From an uncultured SAR86 cluster bacterium (GTDB lineage Bacteria > Pseudomonadota > Gammaproteobacteria > Magnimaribacterales > D2472), in contig CACMVA010000001.1 in NCBI GenBank assembly GCA_902617045.1, positions 274,902 to 338,901 of the forward strand: a DNA stretch of 64,000 bases, written 5' to 3'. Positions 54,123 through 64,000 of this stretch are shown here, piece by piece (positions within the stretch are counted from its first letter, which is position 1; each line of letters starts with the position of its first letter). Both the position numbers and the translations under genes were made by a program. The notes below the pieces were generated by a model that was not told the origin of the DNA, did no database searches, and saw only the letters and a list, made by a program, of their open reading frames with translations.

Positions 54123-54704
54123 ATGAAGAATATTTCAATTTTCTGCGGTGCTCATGAAGGCAAAAATCCTAAATATGCTCAATCAGCAAAGATTATTTCA
54201 GAAGCAATAGCAAAGAAAGGTATCAATGTTGTTTTTGGAGGAGGAAATGTTGGTTTGATGAAGATAATTTCAGATACTGCTCTTGATAATGGTGTTGAGG
54301 TTCTTGGTATATCATTAAAATCTCTTCATGCATTAGAGTTAGCAAATCCAAGACTTAATGAAATTGTAGTTACAGATACACTTCTTGATCGTAAAGATGA
54401 ATTTATGTCTAGATCAGATGCGTTTATAGTACTTCCTGGAGGAGTAGGATCACTTGATGAGTTAGCCGAAATTATGGCGAGCAATCAATTAGGAATAATC
54501 AATAAACCCGTGGGCATTTTAAATACTGAAGGTTACTACGATCATTTACTAAAATGGTTTGATAAGGCTGTTGAAGAAGGATTTATTTCTTCAGCAAACC
54601 TTAAAGAACTATTAGTTTCTGATAATCCTGAGGAATTAGTGGACTTGGTTGTTAATCACGAGAGACCATCTGACGATAATTGGACTAAAAGACTAGGACT
54701 CTAA
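54123..54704 (+). CDS. LOG family protein (cytokinin riboside 5'-monophosphate phosphoribohydrolase-like)
   Basis: 193-aa ORF with motifs GGGNVGLMK and PGGVGSLDE. Confidence 0.85.
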   Translation: MKNISIFCGAHEGKNPKYAQSAKIISEAIAKKGINVVFGGGNVGLMKIISDTALDNGVEVLGISLKSLHALELANPRLNEIVVTDTLLDRKDEFMSRSDAFIVLPGGVGSLDELAEIMASNQLGIINKPVGILNTEGYYDHLLKWFDKAVEEGFISSANLKELLVSDNPEELVDLVVNHERPSDDNWTKRLGL

Positions 54705-54707
54705 TAA

Positions 54708-55298
54708 ATGTCTTTTGAGGAGGCAAGAGTAATAACAATAGTCTATTTGGCAGTATTCTTACCTTTTTTAATTTATTTCAAAAACAAATCAAATTTACCT
54801 AAGTGGATTCCAACATTTTATTTAATTGCCATTGTGATTTGCTCGTTAGGATGGGAGCTTTGGTTTACCTTTGGATGGCTAGATGGAGATCCTGTTGATA
54901 TAAGAAGATCTGAAAATCTTAATAAGTGGTTACCAAAGGATATTAATTGGTTAATAAATTCAATGGGCGATGCTGGAGCAGTGCTTTTGGGTGGCGTATG
55001 GTTAATGTGGATTTCTCATGGAAAAGATAAAAGCATATTTATGAAATGGAAATGGAGTGCTTTTGCCGTCTTATTATTATGGTGTATCGGTCAAAATATT
55101 TTAGTAGAAATGTTTCTATATCATGATCAACTGGCAGAAGGAAAGGCTTTATCTTGGGCTCCCCTATCACCGCTTGGCCCATACATTAATCCAATTCTTT
55201 TTGAATTTAATGAAAGAACAATAATGCTGCAGTCTCAAATGCCTTGGCTATTACTCCCATGGTTTTTCTACAGAACGCTTATAAATTTAAATAAGTAA
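54708..55298 (+). CDS. Hypothetical Trp-rich integral membrane protein
   Basis: 196-aa ORF with about five predicted TM segments and many Trp residues. I recognise no family. Confidence 0.5.
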   Translation: MSFEEARVITIVYLAVFLPFLIYFKNKSNLPKWIPTFYLIAIVICSLGWELWFTFGWLDGDPVDIRRSENLNKWLPKDINWLINSMGDAGAVLLGGVWLMWISHGKDKSIFMKWKWSAFAVLLLWCIGQNILVEMFLYHDQLAEGKALSWAPLSPLGPYINPILFEFNERTIMLQSQMPWLLLPWFFYRTLINLNK

Positions 55299-56024
55299 TT
55301 ATTTATTTCTAGAAAATAATATTCCCACTTCAAATAAAATCCACATTGGAATTGCTAAAAACAATTGTGAAAAAATATCAGGTGGAGTAAGTAACATGCC
55401 TACAACAAGAAATAGTATTATTAAATACGGTCTTGCCGCAATTAATGATGCCTTGGTAACAATTTCGTTATTAATTAAGAGAACTGTTGCAATGGGTATC
55501 TCAAATGTAATGCCAAAAGCAAAAACAAGTTTAAATACAAAACTAAGATACTGATTTATATCTGTCATGACTTGAATTGAGTCTGGAGCCATTCCAACAA
55601 AAAACTTGAATATAATTGGACATACTACAAAGAATGCAAAGCTTGCTCCGCAAAAAAATAAAAGGATTGTTGAGATCATCAAAGGAGCAGTAAACCTCCT
55701 TTCGCTTTCATATAATCCTGGCGCAATAAACATCCATATTTGAAAAAAAAGCCAAGGCATAGAAAATAATAAAGCTACATAAAAAACTAGTTTAATTGGC
55801 GCCATAAATGGTGATGCAACCTCTGTAGCTATCATTGAGCTACTCTCAGGCAATGAAGCTAATAGAGGAGCTGCAATAAAGGAATAAATATCAGCGGCAA
55901 ATGGAATTCCTAATATCGAAAGGGCAACAAAAAGAACAATTACTTTTAATAATCTTGATCTTAATTCAAGGAGATGATTTGAAATAGAATCCTTAGTCAT
56001 TATCAGGCTCTTTGTTTTTTTCAA
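55299..56024 (-). CDS. tatC: Sec-independent protein translocase TatC
   Basis: 241-aa 6-TM ORF with N-terminal HLLELRSRL. The start may be the internal M9 at 56000. Confidence 0.9.
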   Translation of the reverse strand: MKKTKSLIMTKDSISNHLLELRSRLLKVIVLFVALSILGIPFAADIYSFIAAPLLASLPESSSMIATEVASPFMAPIKLVFYVALLFSMPWLFFQIWMFIAPGLYESERRFTAPLMISTILLFFCGASFAFFVVCPIIFKFFVGMAPDSIQVMTDINQYLSFVFKLVFAFGITFEIPIATVLLINNEIVTKASLIAARPYLIILFLVVGMLLTPPDIFSQLFLAIPMWILFEVGILFSRNK

Positions 56025-56238
56025 ACTCTTCCATTTTTAACTCGTTAAAAACATCTTTCTTAAGTTCATCTACACCAATGTCTGCCTCAATGTCTTTTTT
56101 AAAAAGATTAAATTTATTTTCAATTTTTTTAAAGAATTTTAATGTGGCTTTAACCACAACTGGAAGCCTATTAGGACCAATGATTATTAAACCTAATATT
56201 AGAATAATTAGAATTTCTAGAAAGCCAATCTGAAACAA
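55993..56238 (-). CDS. tatB: Sec-independent protein translocase TatB
   Basis: 81-aa ORF. MFQIGFLEILIILILGLIIIGPNRLP is a typical TatA/B N-terminus; this is the second tat gene. Confidence 0.8.
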   Translation of the reverse strand: MFQIGFLEILIILILGLIIIGPNRLPVVVKATLKFFKKIENKFNLFKKDIEADIGVDELKKDVFNELKMEEFEKNKEPDND

Positions 56239-56240
56239 TT

Positions 56241-56408
56241 TTAGTCTTCTTTTTCTTTGGAGTCTTCGTCTTTAACTGCTTTCTTAAAACCTTTTATGCT
56301 GGAGCCCAAATCTGAACCAAGTGATTTAAGTTTTCCACTACCAAATATAAGAAGCACAACAACTAAAATAATTAATAACTGCCATATACTTATTCCGCCA
56401 AAACCCAT
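56241..56408 (-). CDS. tatA: Sec-independent protein translocase TatA
   Basis: Not in the ORF track (55 aa). Hand translation gives [60 protein letters not shown] lies upstream. Confidence 0.88.
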   Translation of the reverse strand: MGFGGISIWQLLIILVVVLLIFGSGKLKSLGSDLGSSIKGFKKAVKDEDSKEKED

Positions 56409-56416
56409 AAATACTC

Positions 56417-57898
56417 CTAATTAACTATCAACATGATAGCTATAATTACAATTATACCAATACCGAATACCCTATTAATGTTTTTTTGTTTTGATAATTG
56501 AATTTCTAATTCATTTGCTTTTAAAGCATCTGCATTTTTATTACTAGAAAAACTTCTTATTTCATCGAGCGTTTCAAAAATTATAGCTGGAATCTCTGAT
56601 GCTTTAAGCAAAATATCTTCTTTATTTTCAATAATGTAATCTTTCAACTTTAATGGACTAAATTGCTCATTTAACCAATTATCTAAGTAAGGTTCCGCAA
56701 TACCCCAGAAATCAAGTTCTGGATATATTTGTCTTCCCATACCTTCGATATGAATTAATGTTTTTTGAAGCAAAACTAAGGAGGTTTGAAGAGATAAACC
56801 ATATTGTCTAGTGCTTTGGAAAAGATATAGAAGTAACTTACCAAACTCTATCTCTGACAAAGGCTTCTCAAATATGGGTTCACAACAAGCTCTTAGGGTA
56901 TTTTCAAGTTCAATATTATTTGTATCCGCCTTAACCCAACCAGAGCTAATAAATAAATTAGCAAGAGCTTTATAGTTTTGTTTAAGAACAGATTGCAGCA
57001 TTCTAGCCAATATATATCGCTCCTCATTCGACAATGAGCCAGTTATCGCACAATCAACTGCAATATATCCAGGATTTTCAACATTCTTTTTTGAAACAAA
57101 TATATTTCCTGGATGCATATCGGCATGAAAAAAGTTATCTCTAAAAACTTGATTAAGAAATATCATGACTCCATTTTCGGCAAGAATTTTTTTATTTATT
57201 CCATATTTTTCAATTTGTTCGATGTCAGTGCATGGGATGCCATTAATTTTTTCTAAGACCATAACATTTGAAGTTGTAAGGTCCCAATAAACTTCCGGTA
57301 TGTATAATTCATTTGAGTTTAAAAAATTTTTTCTAGTTAAATTTGTATTGGAGGCTTCAAGTTTTAAATCCAACTCTTTTAATATTGTGGATTCATAATC
57401 TCGCACGACCTCATTTGGCTTTAATCTATAACTTTCACTGTAAATATAAGAAAATATTTTTGCTGCCGATTTAAGTAATCTTAGATTTCTTTTTACTTTC
57501 TTATGTATGTTTGGCCTAAGGACTTTCACTACAACATGATCACCATTACTTAGTGTTGCTGAGTGAACTTGCGCTAGAGATGCTGCTGCTAACGGCTTTT
57601 CATCAAATGATTCAAAAATATTTTTTATTGAATCTCCTAACTCAGATTCAACTATTTTCTTAAGTGTCTCAACATTAAATGGCTTACAACTATCAGTAAG
57701 ACTTTCTAAATCTTTTGCAGTTTCAACATCAAGAATATCTGTTCTTGTAGATAAAAGTTGACCAAATTTTGTAAATATTGGCCCCAATGATTCTAAGTAG
57801 CTAGCTAGTTTTACTCCATTAGGTTTATAGAATATTCCTTTTTGAATACCAAAAAATAACATTCTAAATAACTCATATATTACGATAATAAAATTCAT
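56417..57898 (-). CDS. ubiB: Ubiquinone biosynthesis regulatory kinase-like protein UbiB
   Basis: 493-aa ORF with ABC1/ADCK motifs ([20 protein letters not shown]) and a C-terminal TM. Confidence 0.9.
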   Translation of the reverse strand: MNFIIVIYELFRMLFFGIQKGIFYKPNGVKLASYLESLGPIFTKFGQLLSTRTDILDVETAKDLESLTDSCKPFNVETLKKIVESELGDSIKNIFESFDEKPLAAASLAQVHSATLSNGDHVVVKVLRPNIHKKVKRNLRLLKSAAKIFSYIYSESYRLKPNEVVRDYESTILKELDLKLEASNTNLTRKNFLNSNELYIPEVYWDLTTSNVMVLEKINGIPCTDIEQIEKYGINKKILAENGVMIFLNQVFRDNFFHADMHPGNIFVSKKNVENPGYIAVDCAITGSLSNEERYILARMLQSVLKQNYKALANLFISSGWVKADTNNIELENTLRACCEPIFEKPLSEIEFGKLLLYLFQSTRQYGLSLQTSLVLLQKTLIHIEGMGRQIYPELDFWGIAEPYLDNWLNEQFSPLKLKDYIIENKEDILLKASEIPAIIFETLDEIRSFSSNKNADALKANELEIQLSKQKNINRVFGIGIIVIIAIMLIVN

Positions 57899-58392
57899 AT
57901 ACCTTTAATGGCTTCTAACCTATCAAGTTTAATAGAAATTTCTCTAAGTCGCTTGCGAATATTTTCATATTCAATATCTGAGTCATTATCAGAGGACTTA
58001 AAAAGTTTCAAAACAGAGTATGCAAAAACAGCTGACGTGTTTCCAAAGTATTTATCAATTAAATAAATAATATCAATATTTGATTTAAGAATAATATTTA
58101 CAAAAACAATAGCTAGTTCAGAGTTTCCAAAAATGAGATTTTTATTTAATTTCTTAGAAACTAGTGAATTTAATAATTCAATTAAAGATCCTCTAATTTC
58201 AAATTGAGGATTATTTTTTCTAAAAGATATTTCAGAATCTTTATCATCAATTTTAATGTAGATATTCTTATGCCCTTTTATGTTTATACAAAATTCTAGT
58301 GGCGAAATTTCTTTAAAAGATTTTCTAAGATTAGGAGATGACTCCTCAAGATCTTCTAGAAGTCTAATAAATAATCTATTTATATCAATCAT
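57895..58392 (-). CDS. ubiJ: Ubiquinone biosynthesis accessory factor UbiJ (SCP2-like)
   Basis: Sits between ubiE and ubiB as in E. coli. SCP2-like N-terminal part plus a C-terminal helix. The start is taken at M11 (58392), an 8-nt overlap with ubiE. Confidence 0.6.
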   Translation of the reverse strand: MIDINRLFIRLLEDLEESSPNLRKSFKEISPLEFCINIKGHKNIYIKIDDKDSEISFRKNNPQFEIRGSLIELLNSLVSKKLNKNLIFGNSELAIVFVNIILKSNIDIIYLIDKYFGNTSAVFAYSVLKLFKSSDNDSDIEYENIRKRLREISIKLDRLEAIKGI

Positions 58393-59134
58393 TGTAAGCA
58401 ATATGTATAGCCACAACTCCATTTAAAATATTAAAGAATCTACATTCCTTAAAACCGCTTTGTAAGATCATATTTTTAAGAGATTCCTGATCTGGATGCA
58501 TTCTTATTGATTCAGCAAGGTATTTATAGCTTTCAGAATCATTTGCAAGAATAGATCCAAGCTTAGGAAGTATGTTAAAAGAATACCAGTCATATAACCT
58601 TGAAAACATTGGATTAATTGGCTTTGAGAATTCTAAAACCAGAAGCCTCGCATTTTTTGACAAACATCTCTTCATTTCAGAAAGACCTTTTTGTTTATCT
58701 GTGAAGTTTCTTAGACCAAAACCAACCGTTATTAGGTCAAATGAAGAATCTTTGAAGGGCAAGCTTTCACCACTAAGCTGACAAAAAGAACAATTTGAGT
58801 TGAAGCTTTCATCAATTGCTCTATTTCTTCCCTCATCAAGCATTTCATAATTTATGTCACTCATAAAAATTTTTGTATTTGGATATTCTTTTGATATTAA
58901 CTTAGCAATATCTCCTGTCCCGCTTGCTATATCCAAAATGACATCTTTTTCACTAACAGCGGCTAGCTCAACTAATATTTTCTTCCATAGTCTATGCATG
59001 CCAAAAGACATTGCATCATTCATAACGTCGTAGTTTTTTGCTACTGAGGTAAAAACCTCTCCAACGTACTTACTCTTGTCAGCTTCGTTAACTTCCTTAT
59101 AGCCAAAATGTGTCTTTTTGTTTTTGTTATCCAT
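58385..59134 (-). CDS. ubiE: Demethylmenaquinone/ubiquinone C-methyltransferase UbiE
   Basis: 249-aa ORF with N-terminal THFGYKEV and SAM motif LDIASGTGD. Confidence 0.95.
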   Translation of the reverse strand: MDNKNKKTHFGYKEVNEADKSKYVGEVFTSVAKNYDVMNDAMSFGMHRLWKKILVELAAVSEKDVILDIASGTGDIAKLISKEYPNTKIFMSDINYEMLDEGRNRAIDESFNSNCSFCQLSGESLPFKDSSFDLITVGFGLRNFTDKQKGLSEMKRCLSKNARLLVLEFSKPINPMFSRLYDWYSFNILPKLGSILANDSESYKYLAESIRMHPDQESLKNMILQSGFKECRFFNILNGVVAIHIAYND

Positions 59135-59987
59135 TATCTCTAAATTTTATGAAGTTATTGTATCTACTTTGATTAATTTGACCATTCGCCAGACCTTCAA
59201 TGACAAAGCAGCCTTTGTTATTAATATGATTACAATTTGTAAATTTGCAACCTTTAGATGCTTCAAGAATTTCCTCAAAACCATTAATAATATGATCTTT
59301 ACTATAATTTTTTATTTCAATATCTCGCATTCCAGGTGAATCTATTATTTTTGTATTATTTTGCAATTCATATAATGATGATATTGAAGTTGTATGAACT
59401 CCTTGCTCTTTAGACAAAGAATTTGTTTTAAGTTTTTTTCCAATAAGCTTAGATGATAGTGTTGATTTGCCTGCACCAGAATTACCAACAAAAAGAACAG
59501 ATTTGCGTTTTAAAAAATCTATAAGCTCTTTAAGATTATCACCATGCTTTGCAGAGCAATCAATTGTACTTATGCCTAAGCTTTTATAGATATCAAGCTT
59601 AATTTTATATTCATTATCAGATTCAATATCGATTTTATTATTAATAATGAAAGGCTCTATATTTGATAGTTTTGATTTTAATATCCATTTATCTATAAAT
59701 TCTGAAGAAGTTTTTGGTTTTGGCGTAACTATTATTCCTACATGACTTATGTTTGCTGCAAATAGCTTTGTCCTGCTACCATCTGATTTAGAAAGTTTAG
59801 TTTTTCTTTCTTGAATGCTAAGAATTTTTCCATTTAGCTTCTTGCTGTCTTGAATAATTTCTAGCTCAACAAAGTCACCAACAACAACGTTTTTTATTGC
59901 TAAGCATGAGAATTCACCAAATTTTGTTTTAACCAAACAGCTATTTGAATAAAATTCTACAATCTGTCCAGTTTGAACTTTTTTCAT
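59127..59987 (-). CDS. rsgA: Ribosome small subunit-dependent GTPase A
   Basis: Motifs GNSGAGKSTL and DSPGMR, and zinc knuckle CKFTNCNHINNKGC. The start is taken at M21 (59987) rather than the ORF-track 60047, which would overlap orn. Confidence 0.85.
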   Translation of the reverse strand: MKKVQTGQIVEFYSNSCLVKTKFGEFSCLAIKNVVVGDFVELEIIQDSKKLNGKILSIQERKTKLSKSDGSRTKLFAANISHVGIIVTPKPKTSSEFIDKWILKSKLSNIEPFIINNKIDIESDNEYKIKLDIYKSLGISTIDCSAKHGDNLKELIDFLKRKSVLFVGNSGAGKSTLSSKLIGKKLKTNSLSKEQGVHTTSISSLYELQNNTKIIDSPGMRDIEIKNYSKDHIINGFEEILEASKGCKFTNCNHINNKGCFVIEGLANGQINQSRYNNFIKFRDNG

Positions 59988-60028
59988 AATAGGAACAAAA
60001 TACACTAAAGAGGCGATTATAAAAAGAT

Positions 60029-60577
60029 ATGAAAACTTTACAATCAAGAGATAATTTAGTCTGGATTGATCTAGAAATGACTGGTTTAGATCCAGATAAA
60101 GAAAAAATTATCGAAATAGCTACTCTAATAACTGATTCTAGTCTAAATATTATTGCAGAGGGCCCTAATTTAATAATTTCGCAACCTAAAGAAGTTCTTA
60201 AATCTATGGATGAATGGAATCAAAATCAGCACGGATCGTCTGGTTTAACAGATGAGGTCTTAAAAAGTAACGTAACAGAACAAATCGCAGAAATTGAAAC
60301 CTTAGATTTTATTTCAAAATATGTAGGAGAAAATATGTCACCTATGTGTGGAAATACTGTTTCTCATGACAGACGCTTTTTATCAAAGTACATGCCAAGA
60401 TTAGAAGCGTATTTTAATTATAGACATATTGATGTCTCGTCTTTCAAGGAAGTTGCTGTTCGCTGGATGAATGAAGCCCAAATTTATGAAAAAAAAGGAT
60501 CTCATAGAGCTCTTGGAGATATTAAAGAGTCTGTGGAAGAACTTAGATTTTATAAAAAACTATTTATGCCAGAATAA
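60029..60577 (+). CDS. orn: Oligoribonuclease
   Basis: 182-aa ORF with DEDDh motifs WIDLEMTGL and HRALGDI. Confidence 0.95.
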   Translation: MKTLQSRDNLVWIDLEMTGLDPDKEKIIEIATLITDSSLNIIAEGPNLIISQPKEVLKSMDEWNQNQHGSSGLTDEVLKSNVTEQIAEIETLDFISKYVGENMSPMCGNTVSHDRRFLSKYMPRLEAYFNYRHIDVSSFKEVAVRWMNEAQIYEKKGSHRALGDIKESVEELRFYKKLFMPE

Positions 60578-60578
60578 T

Positions 60579-60905
60579 TTATTCTTTTTTGTTAGAAGGT
60601 TGAATGTTTAAAGGAAAAGGACTTACTTGACCCTTATTTTCTTTTATTTTTGCCTCGCCAGTTTCGTTAACTTCATCAATTCTCACAATAGAATTTATAG
60701 GTATATAACTTCTCTCAACCATTGAAAATTCATTTTTTAATTTTTCTGAACTTGGGTCAACTACTAGCTGTTTATCTTTATTGAAGATATACTCTTCTAC
60801 CTCGATAAAACCGTACATATCACTTTGGTAAATTTGTTTAGCAAAAACTTCATAAATTTCACCGAGCTGAATGAAAATTATCTTGTAAACATTTTTTGTT
60901 TTCAT
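60579..60905 (-). CDS. DUF1820-like conserved hypothetical protein
   Basis: 108-aa ORF. YKIIFIQLGEIYEVFAK...MYGFIEVEE...VVDPSSEKLKNEF...YIPINSIVRIDEV resembles the gammaproteobacterial DUF1820 family (from memory). Confidence 0.6.
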   Translation of the reverse strand: MKTKNVYKIIFIQLGEIYEVFAKQIYQSDMYGFIEVEEYIFNKDKQLVVDPSSEKLKNEFSMVERSYIPINSIVRIDEVNETGEAKIKENKGQVSPFPLNIQPSNKKE

Positions 60906-60964
60906 AATACTTAATTATATGGGAATAATGTTTGATAATTAAAGTTATAAAAAGTTAATTAAAT

Positions 60965-62290
60965 ATGACAAAAAAATTATTTATAAAAACACATGGTTGT
61001 CAGATGAATGAATATGATTCTGCAAAAATGTTTGATCTTTTAGAAGAAAAAGAAAGCTTTGAATTAGCAGAAAATGAAGAGGAAGCAGATCTTTTAATAC
61101 TTAACACCTGTTCGATAAGAGAAAAAGCACAAGAAAAGGTATTTCATCAAATTGGAAGATGGCGAAAAATAAAAGACAAAAATCCTGATTTGAAAATTGC
61201 TATAGGAGGATGTGTTGCATCACAAGAAGGTGAAAATATAATCAAAAGAGCTCCTGCAGTAGATATCGTATTTGGACCTCAGACACTCCACAAATTACCA
61301 GAGCTATATGAAAATAAAAATAAAACAAACATTAATCAAGTTGATATTTCATTTCCAAAATTAGAAAAATTTAATCATATTCCTGTGCATGGAACTGGCG
61401 AACCCTCAGCGTTTGTTTCAATTATTGAGGGCTGCAATAAATATTGTTCTTTTTGTGTTGTTCCAAAAACAAGAGGTCATGAGGTATCAAGAACAATTGA
61501 AGATATTTTGAATGAGATATCTGCACTTGCAGAAAATGGAACTAGAGAGATTCATTTATTGGGCCAAAATGTAAACAATTTCAAAGGCACCTATAAAGGT
61601 GAAAAATCTTCTTTAGCTAAATTGATTGAGTTAACAGCAAAAATAGAAAATATTGAAAGGATTAGGTATACAACAAGCCATCCACATGAATTTAAAGACG
61701 ATCTTGTTGAAGTTTACGATAAGGTACCTGAGCTTGTAAGTCACGTCCATCTTCCTGTACAAAGTGGTTCAGATAGAATATTAAAATTAATGAGAAGACG
61801 TTATAACGTAGAAAAATACCTAAATCTTATTGAAAAAATTCGTAAAGTACGACCTGACATGAGTTTTTCTTCAGATTTTATTGTTGGCTTTCCTGGTGAG
61901 ACAAATGACGATTTCATGGGGACCATGAATGTAATTAATGAAGTAAGGTTTGATGAGTCATTTAGTTTTATATATAGTCCCAGACCAAATACAACTGCAT
62001 CAGATATGGAAGATGATGTAACTCAAGAAGAAAAAAAAGAAAGATTAAATATTCTTCAAGAGAGACTAAACCAACTTTCATTTGGATTTAGCAGAAAGAA
62101 GGTTGGTACATTGCAAAACTGCTTAGTCTATGGACAGTCAAAAAGAGATCCAGGACAATTACAAGGAAGAACTATATGTAATCGAGTTGTTAATTTTCCA
62201 TCAAATGATATTGATTTAGTTGGGCAAATCATTAATATTCAAATTAATGAAGCACTGCCAAATTGTTTAAGAGGTAATTTACAAAATTAA
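60965..62290 (+). CDS. miaB: tRNA-2-methylthio-N6-dimethylallyladenosine synthase
   Basis: 441-aa ORF with a UPF0004 domain, radical-SAM [11 protein letters not shown] and a TRAM domain. Confidence 0.95.
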   Translation: MTKKLFIKTHGCQMNEYDSAKMFDLLEEKESFELAENEEEADLLILNTCSIREKAQEKVFHQIGRWRKIKDKNPDLKIAIGGCVASQEGENIIKRAPAVDIVFGPQTLHKLPELYENKNKTNINQVDISFPKLEKFNHIPVHGTGEPSAFVSIIEGCNKYCSFCVVPKTRGHEVSRTIEDILNEISALAENGTREIHLLGQNVNNFKGTYKGEKSSLAKLIELTAKIENIERIRYTTSHPHEFKDDLVEVYDKVPELVSHVHLPVQSGSDRILKLMRRRYNVEKYLNLIEKIRKVRPDMSFSSDFIVGFPGETNDDFMGTMNVINEVRFDESFSFIYSPRPNTTASDMEDDVTQEEKKERLNILQERLNQLSFGFSRKKVGTLQNCLVYGQSKRDPGQLQGRTICNRVVNFPSNDIDLVGQIINIQINEALPNCLRGNLQN

Positions 62291-63246
62291 TGTCAACTGA
62301 TTCATCTTTAACTAGTCTAGAATTACAACCCTCAGATGCAAATGTTATGGTTAGGTTCGTTGGCGAACTTAATGAAAATCTTAAATTTGTTGAAAAGACA
62401 TTTGATGTAAAGATTTTTCAAAATGGTAATAATCTTAAAATTAAAGGAAACAAAAAAGATGTTGATCTATCCGTAGATGCTTTAAGAAAGTTATACGAAG
62501 CAGCAGGCCAAGGAATTGAGATTAATAGCGAAACACTAAATTTGTGCATACAAGAGTCAGATAAAAATATGACTAATGTTATTAAAATCAAAACACCTAA
62601 AAAAAGTGTCATTCCAAGAGGAAAAAATCAAAAAACTTATATTGAAAATATTTCAAATAATGAAATTAACTTTGGAATTGGTCCTGCTGGAACTGGAAAA
62701 ACATACCTGGCTGTTGCACTAGCAGTTGATCATCTTTTAAATGAAAAAGTAGATAGAATTATTTTAATAAGACCTGCGGTAGAAGCTGGTGAAAAACTTG
62801 GATTTTTACCAGGAGATTTATCTCAAAAAGTTGATCCATATCTTCGCCCTCTTTACGATGCTTTATATGAGATGCTCGGAGTTGAAAAAACTGAAAAACT
62901 TCTTGAAAGAGGTATCGTTGAAATAGCTCCTTTAGCATATATGAGAGGAAGGACACTAAATAACTCTTTTATAATTGTCGATGAAAGTCAAAATACAACG
63001 AAAGAACAAATGAAGATGGTTTTAACTAGAATGGGCTTTGGTTCTTATCTTGTAATTAATGGAGATTTAACTCAAATAGATCTTCCAAAAAATATTAAAT
63101 CAGGTTTGTCAGACGCTATAGAAGTTCTTAAAGATACTGATGGCATAGGCTTTACTAACTTTTCGTCATCAGATGTTGTGAGGCATCCTCTAGTTAAAAA
63201 AATTATTGATGCTTATAAATATTTTGAGGACAAGTTAGGTTTATAG
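62290..63246 (+). CDS. ybeZ: PhoH-like ATPase (YbeZ)
   Basis: 318-aa ORF with Walker A GPAGTGKTYLA. Sits in the miaB-ybeZ-ybeY-corC order. Confidence 0.9.
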   Translation: MSTDSSLTSLELQPSDANVMVRFVGELNENLKFVEKTFDVKIFQNGNNLKIKGNKKDVDLSVDALRKLYEAAGQGIEINSETLNLCIQESDKNMTNVIKIKTPKKSVIPRGKNQKTYIENISNNEINFGIGPAGTGKTYLAVALAVDHLLNEKVDRIILIRPAVEAGEKLGFLPGDLSQKVDPYLRPLYDALYEMLGVEKTEKLLERGIVEIAPLAYMRGRTLNNSFIIVDESQNTTKEQMKMVLTRMGFGSYLVINGDLTQIDLPKNIKSGLSDAIEVLKDTDGIGFTNFSSSDVVRHPLVKKIIDAYKYFEDKLGL

Positions 63247-63693
63247 GTGAGTCTCAATATTTTAACATCAGGAAATTTTTCAATTTCAACTCAACTTGAG
63301 AATAAACTTAATATGGCCTTTTCATTAATTTGTGAGGAAGAAAAGCTCTCCAACTGTTCTGTGAATTTAAAAATTTTAAACAATAATGAAATACAAGAAC
63401 TAAACAACAAGTACAGAAAGAAAAACTCACCTACAAATGTACTATCTTTTACAAATGAAGATATTTCAAAGTCAATCACAGGGGATTTGGGTGATATTGC
63501 AATAAGTTATCAATATTTAGAAGAGGAATCCCGTCAACAAAATAAAAAATTTGATGATCATTTAATTCACATGTTAATTCATGGCGTATATCATATATTA
63601 GGGTTTGACCATGAAAATAATGAAATGGCAGCTCAAATGGAAAATAAAGAGATCAAATTACTTAAAAAAATAAATATCGACAATCCATATTAA
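63247..63693 (+). CDS. ybeY: rRNA maturation endoribonuclease YbeY
   Basis: 148-aa ORF with a GTG start and metal motif HGVYHILGFDH. Confidence 0.9.
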   Translation: MSLNILTSGNFSISTQLENKLNMAFSLICEEEKLSNCSVNLKILNNNEIQELNNKYRKKNSPTNVLSFTNEDISKSITGDLGDIAISYQYLEEESRQQNKKFDDHLIHMLIHGVYHILGFDHENNEMAAQMENKEIKLLKKINIDNPY

Positions 63694-64000
63694 TGAACGA
63701 AAAACAAAATCAAGAAGATAATAAGCCTCCGTCGGGGATTATTAATAAATTAAAAAAATATTTCAGAAATCCATTTTTCATAAAAACTCAAAGCGTATCT
63801 GAAGTAACTGAGTTTCTAAAAGACGCTGTTGATCAAAAAATAATTGATAAAGAGGCAGAATCAATTGCTAGTAAAGCAATTCGTTTAGGAGATATCACTG
63901 TAAAAGAGATAATGATTCCAAAAGTTGATATGGTAACAATACAAGTTAAAGATGATACTAACGAAATTATCAAAAGAATAATTGAATCAGGCCATTCTAG
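63693..64000 (+). CDS. corC: Magnesium/cobalt efflux protein CorC (CBS-domain), 5' partial at window end
   Basis: Starts at a TAATG junction with ybeY. The N-terminal 102 aa include the start of the CBS pair (ITVKEIMIPKVDM). Truncated by the window edge. Confidence 0.8.
   Translation, partial: MNEKQNQEDNKPPSGIINKLKKYFRNPFFIKTQSVSEVTEFLKDAVDQKIIDKEAESIASKAIRLGDITVKEIMIPKVDMVTIQVKDDTNEIIKRIIESGHS

Overview
This window is AT-rich (roughly one-third GC by eye, not computed) and almost fully coding. It is chromosomal core sequence around the replication-origin neighbourhood of a gammaproteobacterium-like, apparently streamlined genome. The taxon is an inference from gene order only.

Layout:
- 145-7661, minus strand: parB-parA-rsmG-mnmG, then mnmE-yidC-rnpA-rpmH.
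- 7838-13236, plus strand: dnaA-dnaN-recF-gyrB.
- Housekeeping blocks: plsC-like acyltransferase, single-chain GlyRS, LpxL-like acyltransferase, trkHA-fmt-def, and purE-tsaC-hemF-aroE-yheV.
- 23751-31944: a complete aa3-type cytochrome c oxidase plus assembly cluster (coxBA-ctaG-coxC, SURF1, COX15, heme O synthase, SCO1).
- qor-gshA-pckA-dsbB, polA, engB, and cytochrome c4-dsbA-pseudoazurin.
- dapF-yigA-xerC-yigB, metK-ahcY, tkt-pgk-fba(class I)-dtd-LOG.
- tatABC-ubiB-ubiJ-ubiE-rsgA, orn, and miaB-phoH-ybeY-corC.

Three short genes missing from the ORF track were recovered by hand translation: rpmH, tatA and a 26-aa LptM/YifL-like lipoprotein.

I found no rRNA, tRNA, CRISPR array, IS/transposon, prophage, defence or biosynthetic island. 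I cannot support any novel multi-gene system here.

The observations most worth a second look:
1. Adjacent blocks of opposite synonymous-site bias in the first ~9 kb, with boundaries inside genes and centred near the mnmG-mnmE spacer.
2. A near-perfect parS palindrome inside the 3' end of recF.
3. A two-gene insertion (secreted alpha/beta hydrolase plus a short Coq4-motif protein) between polA and engB.
4. A cysteine-less SCO1-like paralog and an antisense-embedded small membrane gene within the cox cluster.
5. A pseudoazurin with a ~75-aa N-terminal extension.
6. A 15-bp perfect inverted repeat just upstream of pckA.
7. Extreme packing: all eight convergent junctions are 9 nt or less, or overlap, and there are nine 8-nt same-strand overlaps.

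All counts are hand tallies and should be recomputed.
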